64,000 nucleotides of DNA, from NCBI GenBank assembly GCA_029560465.1, contig JAKQKX010000016.1, positions 71,178-135,177 of the forward strand. The letters run 5' to 3'. This stretch comes from Candidatus Omnitrophota bacterium. Lineage in GTDB: Bacteria; Omnitrophota; Gorgyraeia; Zapsychrales; JANLHA01. Below are positions 55,005-64,000 of this stretch, one piece after another. Position 1 is the stretch's first letter, and every line of letters begins with the position of its first letter. A program made the translations under genes and the position numbers. The notes beneath the pieces were generated by a model, which saw only the letters and a program-made list of their open reading frames with translations, did no database searches and had not been told where the DNA came from.

Positions 55005-55691
55005 CAGAGGTTTTGCTCGCTTGGGGCTCGGCCCTTTGGCTGGGGATATTGACTTTCAATCAGCCCGTGCCCGCTGGCGACGAATATCGCTGCGGTGACA
55101 TTTATTTCAAAAAAGATAACGCACCCATTGATGGTTTTTATTTCGGGCTTTGCGTATACTTTGGGGCGCACAGCGGCTTACGCGGTGCTGGGCTGGCTGA
55201 TTATTCATTCTCTGCTTAGTATCCCGCAGGTTGCGCAGTTTCTTCAGACGCATATGGGAAAAATACTGGGGCCGCTTTTGATCATTTCGGGATTATTTCT
55301 GCTCGAGGCTATCTCTTTGCGCTTGCCAGGGTTATCCTTGCCCCAGGAACATCACAATAACCTGGTTGAGTCGGGTGCTCCGGGGGCCTTTATTTTAGGG
55401 CTTGTCTTCGCTTTGGCGTTTTGTCCGCTTTCTGCGGCGTTATTTCTTGGAAGCCTTATCCCTTTGGCGCTGAGCAGTAAAGCAGGGGCATTATTGCCCG
55501 TTATTTATGGAGCCGGGACAGGGATTCCGGTTCTGCTCTTTGCGGTGGCCATCGCGCTGGGTGTGTCCTCGTTAAGCCATTGGTTCCACCGGGTCACGAA
55601 ACTAGAATACTATACCCGCAGAATGACCGGGGTGATTTTTACTTTGGTTGGTTTGTATTACACGTGGTTCTATATTATGAAATTATTTTGA
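55001..55691 (+). pseudogene. DsbD_2/CcdA-like thiol-disulfide transfer membrane protein with an apparent +1 frameshift near 55055
   Basis: Frame A 'MTEVLLAWGSALWLGILTF' stops being protein-like while the +1 frame opens after a TGA with 'LSISPCPLATNIAAVTFISKKITHPLMVFISGF...FCPLSAALFLGSL', matching the DsbD_2 N-terminal Cys motif. Confidence 0.45.
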
Positions 55692-55799
55692 AGAGGGGCG
55701 TCCTTGGGGCTGTCAATAAATGAGAAAAAAGCGGATTCCCGTTTTTTGCCCCGGAAACCCTTGCCGTAGCCAAAGGGCTGAAAATAACACAGAGGGTTA

Positions 55800-56480
55800 A
55801 TGATGGCTTGCCAATACAAAAATATCGTGCCGTGGGGAAGAAATTTTGATGAATATCAAAGGATGTTTGATTTGAGCGCGGATGAGTTAACATTGAAAAT
55901 ATTGGGGTGCGGCGATGGGCCGGCCAGTTTTAATTGGGAATGTCATCAAAAAGGCGGCCACGTGACTTCGGTTGACCCTTTATATAACTTGACGAGGCAG
56001 GAAATCCAGACGCGGATTCATGCAACATATAAGGATGTTATGGCTCAAACAGCGGGGGATAAAGAAAAATTTAAATGGGACAGCGTCAAATCTGTGGAGG
56101 AACTCGGGGAAGTCCGGATGAAGGCGATGAGCGCGTTTTTAGATTCTTATGATGAAGGTAAAATGAGCGGGAGGTACATCCCGGCGGCATTGCCGGACCT
56201 CCCGTTTTCAAACGACGCGTTCGACATCTCTTTATGCTCGCATTTTTTGTTTTTATACACGGATCAGCTTACTTATGAGTTTCATGTTAAGGCCATAAAG
56301 GAAATGTTGCGGGTGTCACAGGAGGCCCGGATTTTCCCCCTTTTAGATTATAATGCGAAGAAATCACCCTATGTCCGGGAGATCATATCGGAATTCAAAG
56401 CGCAGAGGATAGAAATCAAGAAGGTGCCTTATGAATTTCAAGTTGGCGGCAACGAGTTGTTGATTATAAGGAAAACATGA
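55800..56480 (+). CDS. SAM-dependent methyltransferase (probable)
   Basis: 'LKILGCGDGPASFN' motif I-like glycine loop; 226 aa. Confidence 0.55.
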   Translation: MMACQYKNIVPWGRNFDEYQRMFDLSADELTLKILGCGDGPASFNWECHQKGGHVTSVDPLYNLTRQEIQTRIHATYKDVMAQTAGDKEKFKWDSVKSVEELGEVRMKAMSAFLDSYDEGKMSGRYIPAALPDLPFSNDAFDISLCSHFLFLYTDQLTYEFHVKAIKEMLRVSQEARIFPLLDYNAKKSPYVREIISEFKAQRIEIKKVPYEFQVGGNELLIIRKT

Positions 56481-56584
56481 GGTGCGCCTCCGGGGCCGGG
56501 AGGGGCTCGCGCCGGGGGCGTGGCTCAGCCCTGCTGGAGGGGCGTTGGAAGTTGCGGAGGGGTTCTTGAGGCAGGAGACTAAAT

Positions 56585-56863
56585 ATGGAATATAAAGAGC
56601 TGTTGAGGACGTTCAACCAGGGTGATATTGCGCTGATAAAATCGTTGCTTTTGGCGGAAGGGATAGACTACTATTTACAGGGCGAAGATTTTAATTTAGT
56701 GCGTCCTCTGGCCCTCCCGCCGGTATTTATGGTCCGGGAAGATCAATATCAGGAAGCGCAAGATATTATTAAGGGGCTTAATATTTCTTTCGGTTCTAAG
56801 TCGGCCCGGGAATTCCTTCCAGAGGATGGGGGGGAAGATGACGTTCAAGAAACGGGTGATTAA
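56585..56863 (+). CDS. DUF2007-domain small protein
   Basis: 92 aa; 'IALIKSLLLAEGIDYYLQGEDF' resembles the DUF2007 putative signal-transducing fold. Confidence 0.5.
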   Translation: MEYKELLRTFNQGDIALIKSLLLAEGIDYYLQGEDFNLVRPLALPPVFMVREDQYQEAQDIIKGLNISFGSKSAREFLPEDGGEDDVQETGD

Positions 56864-57076
56864 CGAGCCCTTTATGAGAATGAGCGAAAACGACAATGTG
56901 TCAAATTTTTTTGGAAATTTAATGAAAGAATATATAATACAAAGGTGTCCCGTAATATCCGATGCGTGCCGGTGAGTACGATGCCGGGCTTATAGCCGGG
57001 AGGCTGGGATGAAGAAGAACCCAACCGGTCAACGGACCGGGTGTTTACCCAGATTATAGATATTTAATAAGGCGGC

Positions 57077-57850
57077 TTGGGCCCGCCTACGGCTTGGGAG
57101 GTTATGTGCATGAGTTTGGGCGCCAGCATTTCCTTGTACCCGGGTTCCATCGCCCGCGTGTTGTGGACAACAGCTTCTCTGCTTGTCTTTGCTAGCATCG
57201 CAGGAGATTTGACGACGTATTTCACCGGGCATGACCATGTTTACGGCCTGATCCCCCTCTTTTGCCTCAACGCCGAGCAGAATATCCCGACTTTTTTCTC
57301 TGCGCTGCTGTTGCTTTTCGCATCGCTCCTCCTGGCGGTGATCACTATGCTCGAAAAGAAGCGGCGGTCCGTCCCTGTTTTATACTGGGTGACCCTTTCC
57401 TCCGGATTTTTTTTGATGGCCGCTGATGAGCTCTTGTGCTTGCATGAAAAGACACAAGGCCTGATGCGCACGCTGTTGGGCGATGGCGCTCTCGGCGTTT
57501 TTTATTTCGCGTGGGTCATCCCGGGGCTTGTCCTTGTTCTCGGGGTGTCGATATTTTTTCTAAAGTTTTTGCTGGGCCTTCCTTTAAAGACGAGGATTTC
57601 TTTTCTCGCGGCGGCGGTTCTCTATGTTGGCGGATGCATCGGGTTTGAGCTTGTCGGTGGCCATTATGCTGAATCTCACGGACAAAATAATTTGATATTC
57701 GGCGTCATGACAACTGTTGAGGAAAGCCTTGAGATGGCCGGCATTATCGTTTTCATCCGGGGGCTCTTGGCCCATATTGCCGACAACTATAAAGAAGTCC
57801 GGTTTTTATTTCATGAAGCCCAAGAAATGGCTTGCCCGGCGGCTTCTTAA
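57077..57850 (+). CDS. hypothetical polytopic membrane protein
   Basis: ~7 hydrophobic helices; no motifs recognised. Confidence 0.45.
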   Translation: MGPPTAWEVMCMSLGASISLYPGSIARVLWTTASLLVFASIAGDLTTYFTGHDHVYGLIPLFCLNAEQNIPTFFSALLLLFASLLLAVITMLEKKRRSVPVLYWVTLSSGFFLMAADELLCLHEKTQGLMRTLLGDGALGVFYFAWVIPGLVLVLGVSIFFLKFLLGLPLKTRISFLAAAVLYVGGCIGFELVGGHYAESHGQNNLIFGVMTTVEESLEMAGIIVFIRGLLAHIADNYKEVRFLFHEAQEMACPAAS

Positions 57851-57927
57851 GGGTTAACAACGCGCGTGTTCTGGCGGAATCCCGTTCTTTGACTTGCCGC
57901 CGGTGATGATATGCCACACCTAAAACG

Positions 57928-58377
57928 ATGAGGCTCTGGTCATTACATCCTAAATATCTCGACCGGCAGGGTTTGGTGGCGCTTTGGCGCGAAGCGCTTT
58001 TGGCCCAGGCCGTGCTTCGTGATGAAACCCGGGGGTATCGCCGCCACCCGCAATTGGACCGGTTCCGCGCTTGTTCAACCCCTCTCGCCGCCATGACGGA
58101 GTATCTGAAGGTTGTCCACGCTGAGGCCCAGGCGCGCGGGTATACCTTTGACAAAGGAAAAATCCGGCCCGCGGGGAAGGCTGTGGCCCTTTCTGTGACG
58201 GCCGGGCAAATCGGGTATGAATGGACGCATCTGATGAAGAAGCTCCGCGCCCGCAGCCCCGAGACGCACAGGAAATGGAGCGCCATAGATGCGCCGATCC
58301 CTCACCCGCTCTTTCGGCTACGCGCCGGAGCTGTGGAGCCTTGGGAACGGGCTGGCAAGACCCGGGAGAGAGACTGA
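57928..58377 (+). CDS. pyrimidine dimer DNA glycosylase (T4 endonuclease V / Pyr_excise family)
   Basis: 'MRLWSLHPKYLDRQGLVALWREALLAQAVL...GYRRHPQLDRF' closely follows the Pyr_excise N-terminal signature. Confidence 0.7.
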   Translation: MRLWSLHPKYLDRQGLVALWREALLAQAVLRDETRGYRRHPQLDRFRACSTPLAAMTEYLKVVHAEAQARGYTFDKGKIRPAGKAVALSVTAGQIGYEWTHLMKKLRARSPETHRKWSAIDAPIPHPLFRLRAGAVEPWERAGKTRERD

Positions 58378-59053
58378 ATGCGAGCCTGCAATCAAAATTT
58401 CGAGTTTCCAAACGTTGGCCCGCACGCTGTGGAATGATTTTTATTCCTGCTGTTTTGTCCGGCGGCGGGCTTTGTCTGTTTTTTCATCCCGCAGCCCCGG
58501 AAGAAGGCGGTTATTCTGCGGATCAGCCTGCGTTGGCTTTAGAGAGAGTTTCTTGCCGAGGATTTTGAACAGAAGCCCTTATTTCAAATTTTAGAAATTA
58601 TCAGCAAAAAATATAAAGTCACATCAAATCCCCCCGTAAATAAAGAGCTTGAATATATAAATAGGCGCAGCTGGCAGGATTCCGCAAGTCCCGGGCGCGA
58701 GGGGTTCCGTGTAAGCCCCCAGATACTTTTTTCAGATAAGAAAATGAGGAAATATATGTGTTTAGAATGTGAAAGGCGGATTGCAGGACAGGGGCATTTT
58801 ATTCATGAATTTTCAGCGTCCTTTCCCCGGGATACCCGTTAGTTTGATAGAGGGAAACACCTTTTCATTCTTGTATAAGAGGTTAAAAAGTAAAGAATTT
58901 TATGGAGCTGGCTTGGAATCGATGTGGCCGGGCGAAGGGGCATCTTCATAAAAAGTGCGGAAATTTTCTTAAGACGCGGTATAATAACAACGCCAAAACA
59001 GGGGCAGGAAAAACTCCAGCCCTGGAACAAGAGTGTTTTATTAGGATAAGATT

Positions 59054-59377
59054 ATGGATCACATCGGGAAAATGTTGTGGGATACCCTGATGGCGGTTGT
59101 GGTGACTGGATTTGTGTTATGGCGGTTTATCAGGCCTTATTTGATATGTAAAAGTGTCCTGGCCGGGCGGACCGGCATGATCGGCGCGAAATATGTCCTG
59201 TTTGAAGGCGTGCTTTTTACTGCCGGCGGGGCGTTTTTCTTGGCCCGGTCCCTGCGTCCGCTGTCCAACCTGACGCTCACGGTTATTTGCAGCGTTGTTT
59301 TCCTGGCTGGCCTTTGGTATATTTTTAACGCGGTAAGGGTTTTTGCGGCACGCAGAAAGCGTTCGGGAGGGACATGA
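59054..59377 (+). CDS. small hypothetical membrane protein
   Basis: 107 aa, 3 hydrophobic helices; stop abuts the next gene's start. Confidence 0.35.
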   Translation: MDHIGKMLWDTLMAVVVTGFVLWRFIRPYLICKSVLAGRTGMIGAKYVLFEGVLFTAGGAFFLARSLRPLSNLTLTVICSVVFLAGLWYIFNAVRVFAARRKRSGGT

Positions 59378-59378
59378 T

Positions 59379-59879
59379 ATGAAGAGAGGCTTGTGGGTTA
59401 TTGCTATTTTGGCGTTCCTGGCTGCCATGGCTGGCGGAGGGGCGTTCGCGGACGAACTGATGGATTCCGCTGAAGCCTTTTTTAAAAGTTATGTGGACGG
59501 CGGGAATCACGCGGATTCTTATATTATTGATTATTTTGCTGACGACGCACGGATTCTTGCGGTGAGGCACCTTCGGGATGGCGGGACAGCCAGGATCGGG
59601 ACAACGGGAGAGAAACATAAAGAATATTTAAAGAAGACGCGCCGTCGCGCCCGGATGAGCAAGGTGGCGATGGGGACTTTAACGACCTTTTCGGATGTCG
59701 CATATAATTTAGAGGAGGGGTGCGTCAGGATCACGGCTTCGCGGCACGTGTCCCCGGCCCAGATGACGACGCCGTACTCCCTGCTGATCTGCCGGGATGG
59801 CAACAAGCAATGGCGTATTCAGGAAGAAATTATAGAGACGGAAGAATTGCCTGCCGTTGAGCCTGGCGTTCAGCCGTAG
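59379..59879 (+). CDS. secreted hypothetical protein
   Basis: GGGAGGG RBS; signal peptide 'LWVIAILAFLAAMAGGGAFA'. Confidence 0.45.
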   Translation: MKRGLWVIAILAFLAAMAGGGAFADELMDSAEAFFKSYVDGGNHADSYIIDYFADDARILAVRHLRDGGTARIGTTGEKHKEYLKKTRRRARMSKVAMGTLTTFSDVAYNLEEGCVRITASRHVSPAQMTTPYSLLICRDGNKQWRIQEEIIETEELPAVEPGVQP

Positions 59880-59931
59880 CGCGCGTCGCCGTGCCCGGCG
59901 GCGTCCTATCCGGTTATCTGAAAGGCTGGGC

Positions 59932-60540
59932 ATGAAAAAAACTTTGCAGCAACGAATCGACGCCGCTGTCCGGGAGGAGATCCGGGTGGTGGATTATGAC
60001 CCGGCCTGGCCCGGGCAGTTTGCGGAAGAAGCTGCGTTTTTACGGGCCCGGTTGCCGGAGTCCCTGCTTAAGCGTATAGAACATTTTGGCAGCACGGCGG
60101 TCCCGGGGTTGGCGGCAAAACCGGTTGTTGATATACTGGTCGAGGTCCGTAGTTTACAGGAGGCGAGGGCCATCATTGTCCCTCTTTTGGAAGCGGACGG
60201 ATATGAGTATTTCTGGCGCCCTGAATTTGAAGGCCCGCCGTATTATGCCTGGTTTATTAAGCGCGATCCGTCCGGGAAAAGAACGCACCATATTCACATG
60301 GTGGAGCGGGATTCCAGCCTTTGGGACAGGCTGTATTTCCGGGATTATTTGCGCGCGTTCCCCGAGGAGGCGGAACGGTACGCCGCACTTAAGCGCGCCC
60401 TGGCCGGGCAATTCCCTCAAGACAGGGTTGGCTATACACGGCAGAAGAGCGGATACATCAATTCCGTAACCCTGAAGGCCAAAGGATATTATTCCTCTCC
60501 TCATAAAGCAGCGGAGAAGAACAACGGCCAGGGGCATTGA
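59932..60540 (+). CDS. GrpB family protein (UPF0157)
   Basis: 'VDYDPAWPGQFAEEAAFLRARLP...IEHFGSTAVPGLAAKPVVDILVEV' matches the GrpB/nucleotidyltransferase-like signature. Confidence 0.75.
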   Translation: MKKTLQQRIDAAVREEIRVVDYDPAWPGQFAEEAAFLRARLPESLLKRIEHFGSTAVPGLAAKPVVDILVEVRSLQEARAIIVPLLEADGYEYFWRPEFEGPPYYAWFIKRDPSGKRTHHIHMVERDSSLWDRLYFRDYLRAFPEEAERYAALKRALAGQFPQDRVGYTRQKSGYINSVTLKAKGYYSSPHKAAEKNNGQGH

Positions 60541-60622
60541 CAATAGTGAAGAAACTTTTTATATTATTAAACGCTTTTTAATTTTTATAAAAGAAGGAAG
60601 ACTCCGGGAAGGCTATTCGCCC

Positions 60623-61111
60623 ATGAGGATGCTGTCATATCAAAAAATTATTTGGGGTGGAATTGTCCTGTCGCTGGCGGGAGGGCTGTTGACGGCCCCT
60701 GCGGTTTTCGCCCGGGATAAAGAGGTGTGCTGGGGCGGAGCCGGGTTTGAGCCGAAGGTGAGGAATTCTTGCCGGTACTTGGCGTATATTTATAAAACGG
60801 GGATGGAATTCCGCATCCGGGTGGACACGTATGAAACATTTGAGAATCTCACAACCTTGCGCCTTATCCCTCCTCAAGGGCGGGAGTGCGTGTCCCGGCA
60901 ATGCAAGAAAATGTCGCGTCAGGTTTATTCGCCGTGGGAATGTTCCTTCCCGGCCACGGATATTATAAAGTTGTCCGGGGTTGGGATGATTATTGCGGAA
61001 AATCAATATGGGCAGAATTTGGTGACGGATGACATGGATTTTGATGAGATCAAGACGCTGTTTCGGATGGAAGTCGAGAAAGACCCTGATTCCCGCTTTT
61101 TGGAGCCATAA
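60623..61111 (+). CDS. secreted hypothetical protein
   Basis: Signal peptide 'IIWGGIVLSLAGGLLTAPAVFA'; several Cys. Confidence 0.45.
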   Translation: MRMLSYQKIIWGGIVLSLAGGLLTAPAVFARDKEVCWGGAGFEPKVRNSCRYLAYIYKTGMEFRIRVDTYETFENLTTLRLIPPQGRECVSRQCKKMSRQVYSPWECSFPATDIIKLSGVGMIIAENQYGQNLVTDDMDFDEIKTLFRMEVEKDPDSRFLEP

Positions 61112-61159
61112 TTTTTAGCCCTGCCCGGCTTTTGCGCCCGGTCTTTTTTTAACGGGACC

Positions 61160-61762
61160 ATGAAGGACGGTATGAATATTTCCTATTGGGGGACTGTGTT
61201 GTTGTGCGGGGGAACGCTGTGCTTGGCTGGATGCGCGGTTGCGAAGGCTACGGGGAAGGCGGCAAGCGTGGTCGGGAAAACCGGGTATCACACCGCCCGC
61301 GTTGCCGGAAAAACTGTTGTGGCGGTTGGTAAAGCCACCGGAGGGGCTGCGAAAACTGTTGTGCATATCGCGCGTGGAACACAGGTTGTCCCTCTGGAAA
61401 GGCGGGGAGGCCTGACCGCGGAAGTCACCGTGAACAAGAGGACAAAGGCGATGTTTCTTGTGGATACCGGAGCGGAGCAGGTGCAGATTTCCCAATCCTT
61501 GGCCCGGCGGCTTAAAATAGATTTGCGCAGGGCCGAACCGGTTCCTGTCCGCGTGGCCGGAGGAACCGTTGTCGCGGCTCGGGCCGTAACGCTTAAAGAG
61601 GTGAGGATCGGCCGGGCGCGCGTGGAACATGTTCCAGCGATTGTGATTGACCGTGAAGGAGTGATGGATTACGATGGTCTTCTGGGCATGTCTTTTTTGA
61701 GTCATTTTAATTTTCAGGTCGACACACAGAACGCCAAGCTTATCCTTCGAAGAAGGATGTGA
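61160..61762 (+). CDS. retropepsin-like (clan AA) aspartic protease lipoprotein
   Basis: Lipobox 'LCLAGC'; 'AMFLVDTGAEQVQIS' contains the D(T/S)G catalytic triad in a ~100-aa retropepsin-like fold. Confidence 0.65.
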   Translation: MKDGMNISYWGTVLLCGGTLCLAGCAVAKATGKAASVVGKTGYHTARVAGKTVVAVGKATGGAAKTVVHIARGTQVVPLERRGGLTAEVTVNKRTKAMFLVDTGAEQVQISQSLARRLKIDLRRAEPVPVRVAGGTVVAARAVTLKEVRIGRARVEHVPAIVIDREGVMDYDGLLGMSFLSHFNFQVDTQNAKLILRRRM

Positions 61763-61804
61763 GGGGGCTCCTCGGCGTTTATCTGTAAAATCAGCCCGTG
61801 TTTT

Positions 61805-61834
61805 ATCCCGCGCTTGAGCGCGGGATTTTTTATT
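61805..61834 (+). terminator. intrinsic terminator
   Basis: ATCCCGCGC-TTGA-GCGCGGGAT hairpin followed by TTTTTTATTT. Confidence 0.55.
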
Positions 61835-62029
61835 TCCATTCCCCTTGATTGATCCTGTGCCCATGAGCCGTTTTTTTAACCGGGCCGGCTTCCTGTAACT
61901 TTTTTAGGAGAACTCCGTTTACCTTTCAGGGTTGTCTTGGCCCAGCCTGCGGGGCTGAGGCAAGGCGCGCGTGGGCTCTTGCGCGGGTAAAAAGGGCCTG
62001 ACGAGAAGAAAACTCAAAGGAGGCTGATC

Positions 62030-63079
62030 ATGCATAGCAGATTCCTGGTAAAAGTCGCGGCGGGCGTGTTGGGGGTCAGTGCGTTGTGCGCCGGCCCGGC
62101 CCGGGCTGAGCATCCCGAGGATATTCAGCGTTTTATTCAGCAATTGGATGTGGGGGAGCCCGTGTATTTCAATAATCTGACAATTATCCCGGTTTATACC
62201 CAACAAAGGGCGGACCGCCGGGCGTATACGACGCTTGATGACGCGCTGGCGAACGGCTGGCTTGCCATTTCCGAGATCGACGGAGGGCACGTCCCCCAGG
62301 TCGAGCTGAATAATTATTCGACACAGGCTGTTTATATTATGGGCGGGGAGATTATTTCCGGCGGGAAACAAGACCGCATTTTCGGCCGCGAGGTTTTGCT
62401 TTCGCCGGGCGCGCGTCGTGTGGTGGTGCCGGTGTATTGCGTGGAACAAAACCGCTGGCAGTATGAAACCGACACCTTCTATAGCAAGCAAACCCTGGGG
62501 ACGTGGAATCTCAGGTCAACCGCCCAAGTGGCTCCGGAAGGGGCCCAGGCGGAGATCTGGGGGGATATTTCAGCGGCGCACCGTGATATGGGCGTACGGT
62601 CTCACACAATGGCGTATCAGCACGCTTACGAGCAGAAAGGGGTAAAAGAGAAAGTCATGGAGCATGAACGCTATTTCCAGCGTATCCCGAGCCTTCACCG
62701 GGACACGATCGGCGTTGTGGTGGGCGTGGGAGGACAGATCGTGAGCGTTGACCTTTTTTCAAATCCGTCGGTATTCCAGGCGCTTTGGCCCAAGATCTTG
62801 AGATCTTCGGCCTTGTCCGCGGTGAGCAGCGGGAAGGCAGGGGCAGTCACCCAGGATGACGCGGCTTGGTTTATCCGCCAGCTGTATGACGCGCGTTATC
62901 AAAGAAAATCCGCGATCGATTGGGGCGTGGAGTTTTCCGCGTACGAAGGCGTTAACGTGAACGCTCTGGTGCACAAGAATACGGTTGTTCATCTATCAGC
63001 TTTTTCCGAAGGCAAGGGCTGGAAGCAGACGGTGTCCCCTCCCAATACCGAGCGCCGCATTCCGGTGATGCGCCGTTGA
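62030..63079 (+). CDS. secreted hypothetical protein
   Basis: Signal peptide 'VAAGVLGVSALCAGPARA'; 349 aa, beta-rich; no family recognised. Confidence 0.5.
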   Translation: MHSRFLVKVAAGVLGVSALCAGPARAEHPEDIQRFIQQLDVGEPVYFNNLTIIPVYTQQRADRRAYTTLDDALANGWLAISEIDGGHVPQVELNNYSTQAVYIMGGEIISGGKQDRIFGREVLLSPGARRVVVPVYCVEQNRWQYETDTFYSKQTLGTWNLRSTAQVAPEGAQAEIWGDISAAHRDMGVRSHTMAYQHAYEQKGVKEKVMEHERYFQRIPSLHRDTIGVVVGVGGQIVSVDLFSNPSVFQALWPKILRSSALSAVSSGKAGAVTQDDAAWFIRQLYDARYQRKSAIDWGVEFSAYEGVNVNALVHKNTVVHLSAFSEGKGWKQTVSPPNTERRIPVMRR

Positions 63080-63239
63080 GAAATCCCTGAAAAGAAAGAT
63101 AAGCTGTCTTCGGCTGGAGCCGGGCCGGAGACAGCTTGGCCTTTGTCCCGCCCTGCCCCAGATTGTTTATTATTACTTCCGGGAGGCCAAGGATTTATGA
63201 TATACTAACTCCACCACCGAACACTTAATTATACGGATC

Positions 63240-64000
63240 ATGTCTTTCAGTATTTTACTAAGAACCTATCGTCGTCTTTTGATTTTGGCCCTCGCCCTTT
63301 TTTCTTTGTCTGAAGCTGTTTATATTTTTAAGGGGGCTGGCTTTATGGTGCAGTTCCTGAAGGCGGCCGGATGGAATTATGAGGAACGGCGGCGTGATTT
63401 TCTGGACGCCGCTCCTTTAATGGACCTCCGGGCCCTCCTTCCTGAAGGGGCGGTTGTCGAACGGCCCCTTCAGGAAGGGCTTTGTCTTGTGGTGGCCCGG
63501 TATCTTCTCTATCCGTTTCCTGTGTCGCCGGAAGGGAATTATATTATCGACCTGAAAGGGGATATTGTTTTCCCCCCGGGAGGAGAGACCGTTTCCCTTG
63601 CCGATCACGCGCGGGCGCACGCTAAACCCGGGTTTCACTTTATCCGGGCTCGAGGCCCGGAGAGGCCTTTTTCCGTATCTCAAACAGCGGTTTTAAGTTT
63701 GGTTTTTATTTTATTCCAGTCATCCATGGGGGCCGCGTTTTTGAAAATTTTCGGGTTCCCGCCATGCCAACGGATGCCGTTGTTTTATATGGGATTAAGT
63801 TACCTGACCGGCTATTTGTTTTTCACCCTGTCTCTGTGGTTAGCCTCCCTGGCGGGACAGGGGACGGTGCCGTTTAATCTTTTGCTGATCAGCGGCACCA
63901 TGCTGGCGTGGATGGTGTTCATTATTCAACAGGGGATCCTTCCGGACATTGTGAGGATGTTCGTTTCCTGCCGCCGTCTTGGGTTTTCCAAGCCGGAGCT
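63240..64000 (+). CDS. hypothetical membrane protein (3' partial, runs off the window)
   Basis: Open frame from the ATG at 63240 to the window end with multiple hydrophobic helices; absent from the ORF track because no stop lies within the window. Confidence 0.4.
   Translation, partial: MSFSILLRTYRRLLILALALFSLSEAVYIFKGAGFMVQFLKAAGWNYEERRRDFLDAAPLMDLRALLPEGAVVERPLQEGLCLVVARYLLYPFPVSPEGNYIIDLKGDIVFPPGGETVSLADHARAHAKPGFHFIRARGPERPFSVSQTAVLSLVFILFQSSMGAAFLKIFGFPPCQRMPLFYMGLSYLTGYLFFTLSLWLASLAGQGTVPFNLLLISGTMLAWMVFIIQQGILPDIVRMFVSCRRLGFSKPE

Overview
This 64-kb window reads as a bacterial chromosome segment of moderate-to-high GC, with almost every gene on the + strand and no CRISPR array, transposase, integrase or prophage signature. 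From left to right: a small block of membrane/stress genes (LemA-HtpX; SUKH/SMI1 and YwqK-like immunity-type proteins); a 6.8-kb gene for a 2,276-aa secreted, proline-punctuated coiled-coil repeat protein followed by an OMP-like gene; housekeeping genes (deaminase, trmB, DD-carboxypeptidase, DsbA-like, rpmA, glmS, rsmI); a pyrimidine operon (pyrR leader/attenuator, pyrB, pyrC) that is interrupted after tRNA-Arg(CCG) by a LOG-family gene, two tandem TMTC/PMT-like TPR membrane glycosyltransferase homologues and an ICMT-family methyltransferase before resuming with pyrK, pyrD and pyrF; a complete V-type ATPase operon (E, DUF2764-like, A, B, D, I, K); tRNA-Val and tRNA-Asp; a Fur / NifX-like / NifU-like / Mrp / radical-SAM / Def / DUF89 / MBL cluster; and a DUF134-regulated arsM thiol-redox cluster in which two membrane proteins appear disrupted. 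The right end holds assorted secreted and membrane hypotheticals, a T4-endoV-family glycosylase and a retropepsin-like lipoprotein. The strongest candidates for something new are the giant apolipoprotein-like repeat protein with its OMP partner, the gene insertion inside the pyr operon with tandem eukaryote-like O-mannosyltransferase homologues, and the DUF134/arsM/thioredoxin/DGC/DsbD_2 module with in-frame stop and frameshift signatures. All calls come from reading the translations and DNA motifs by eye; no database search was run.
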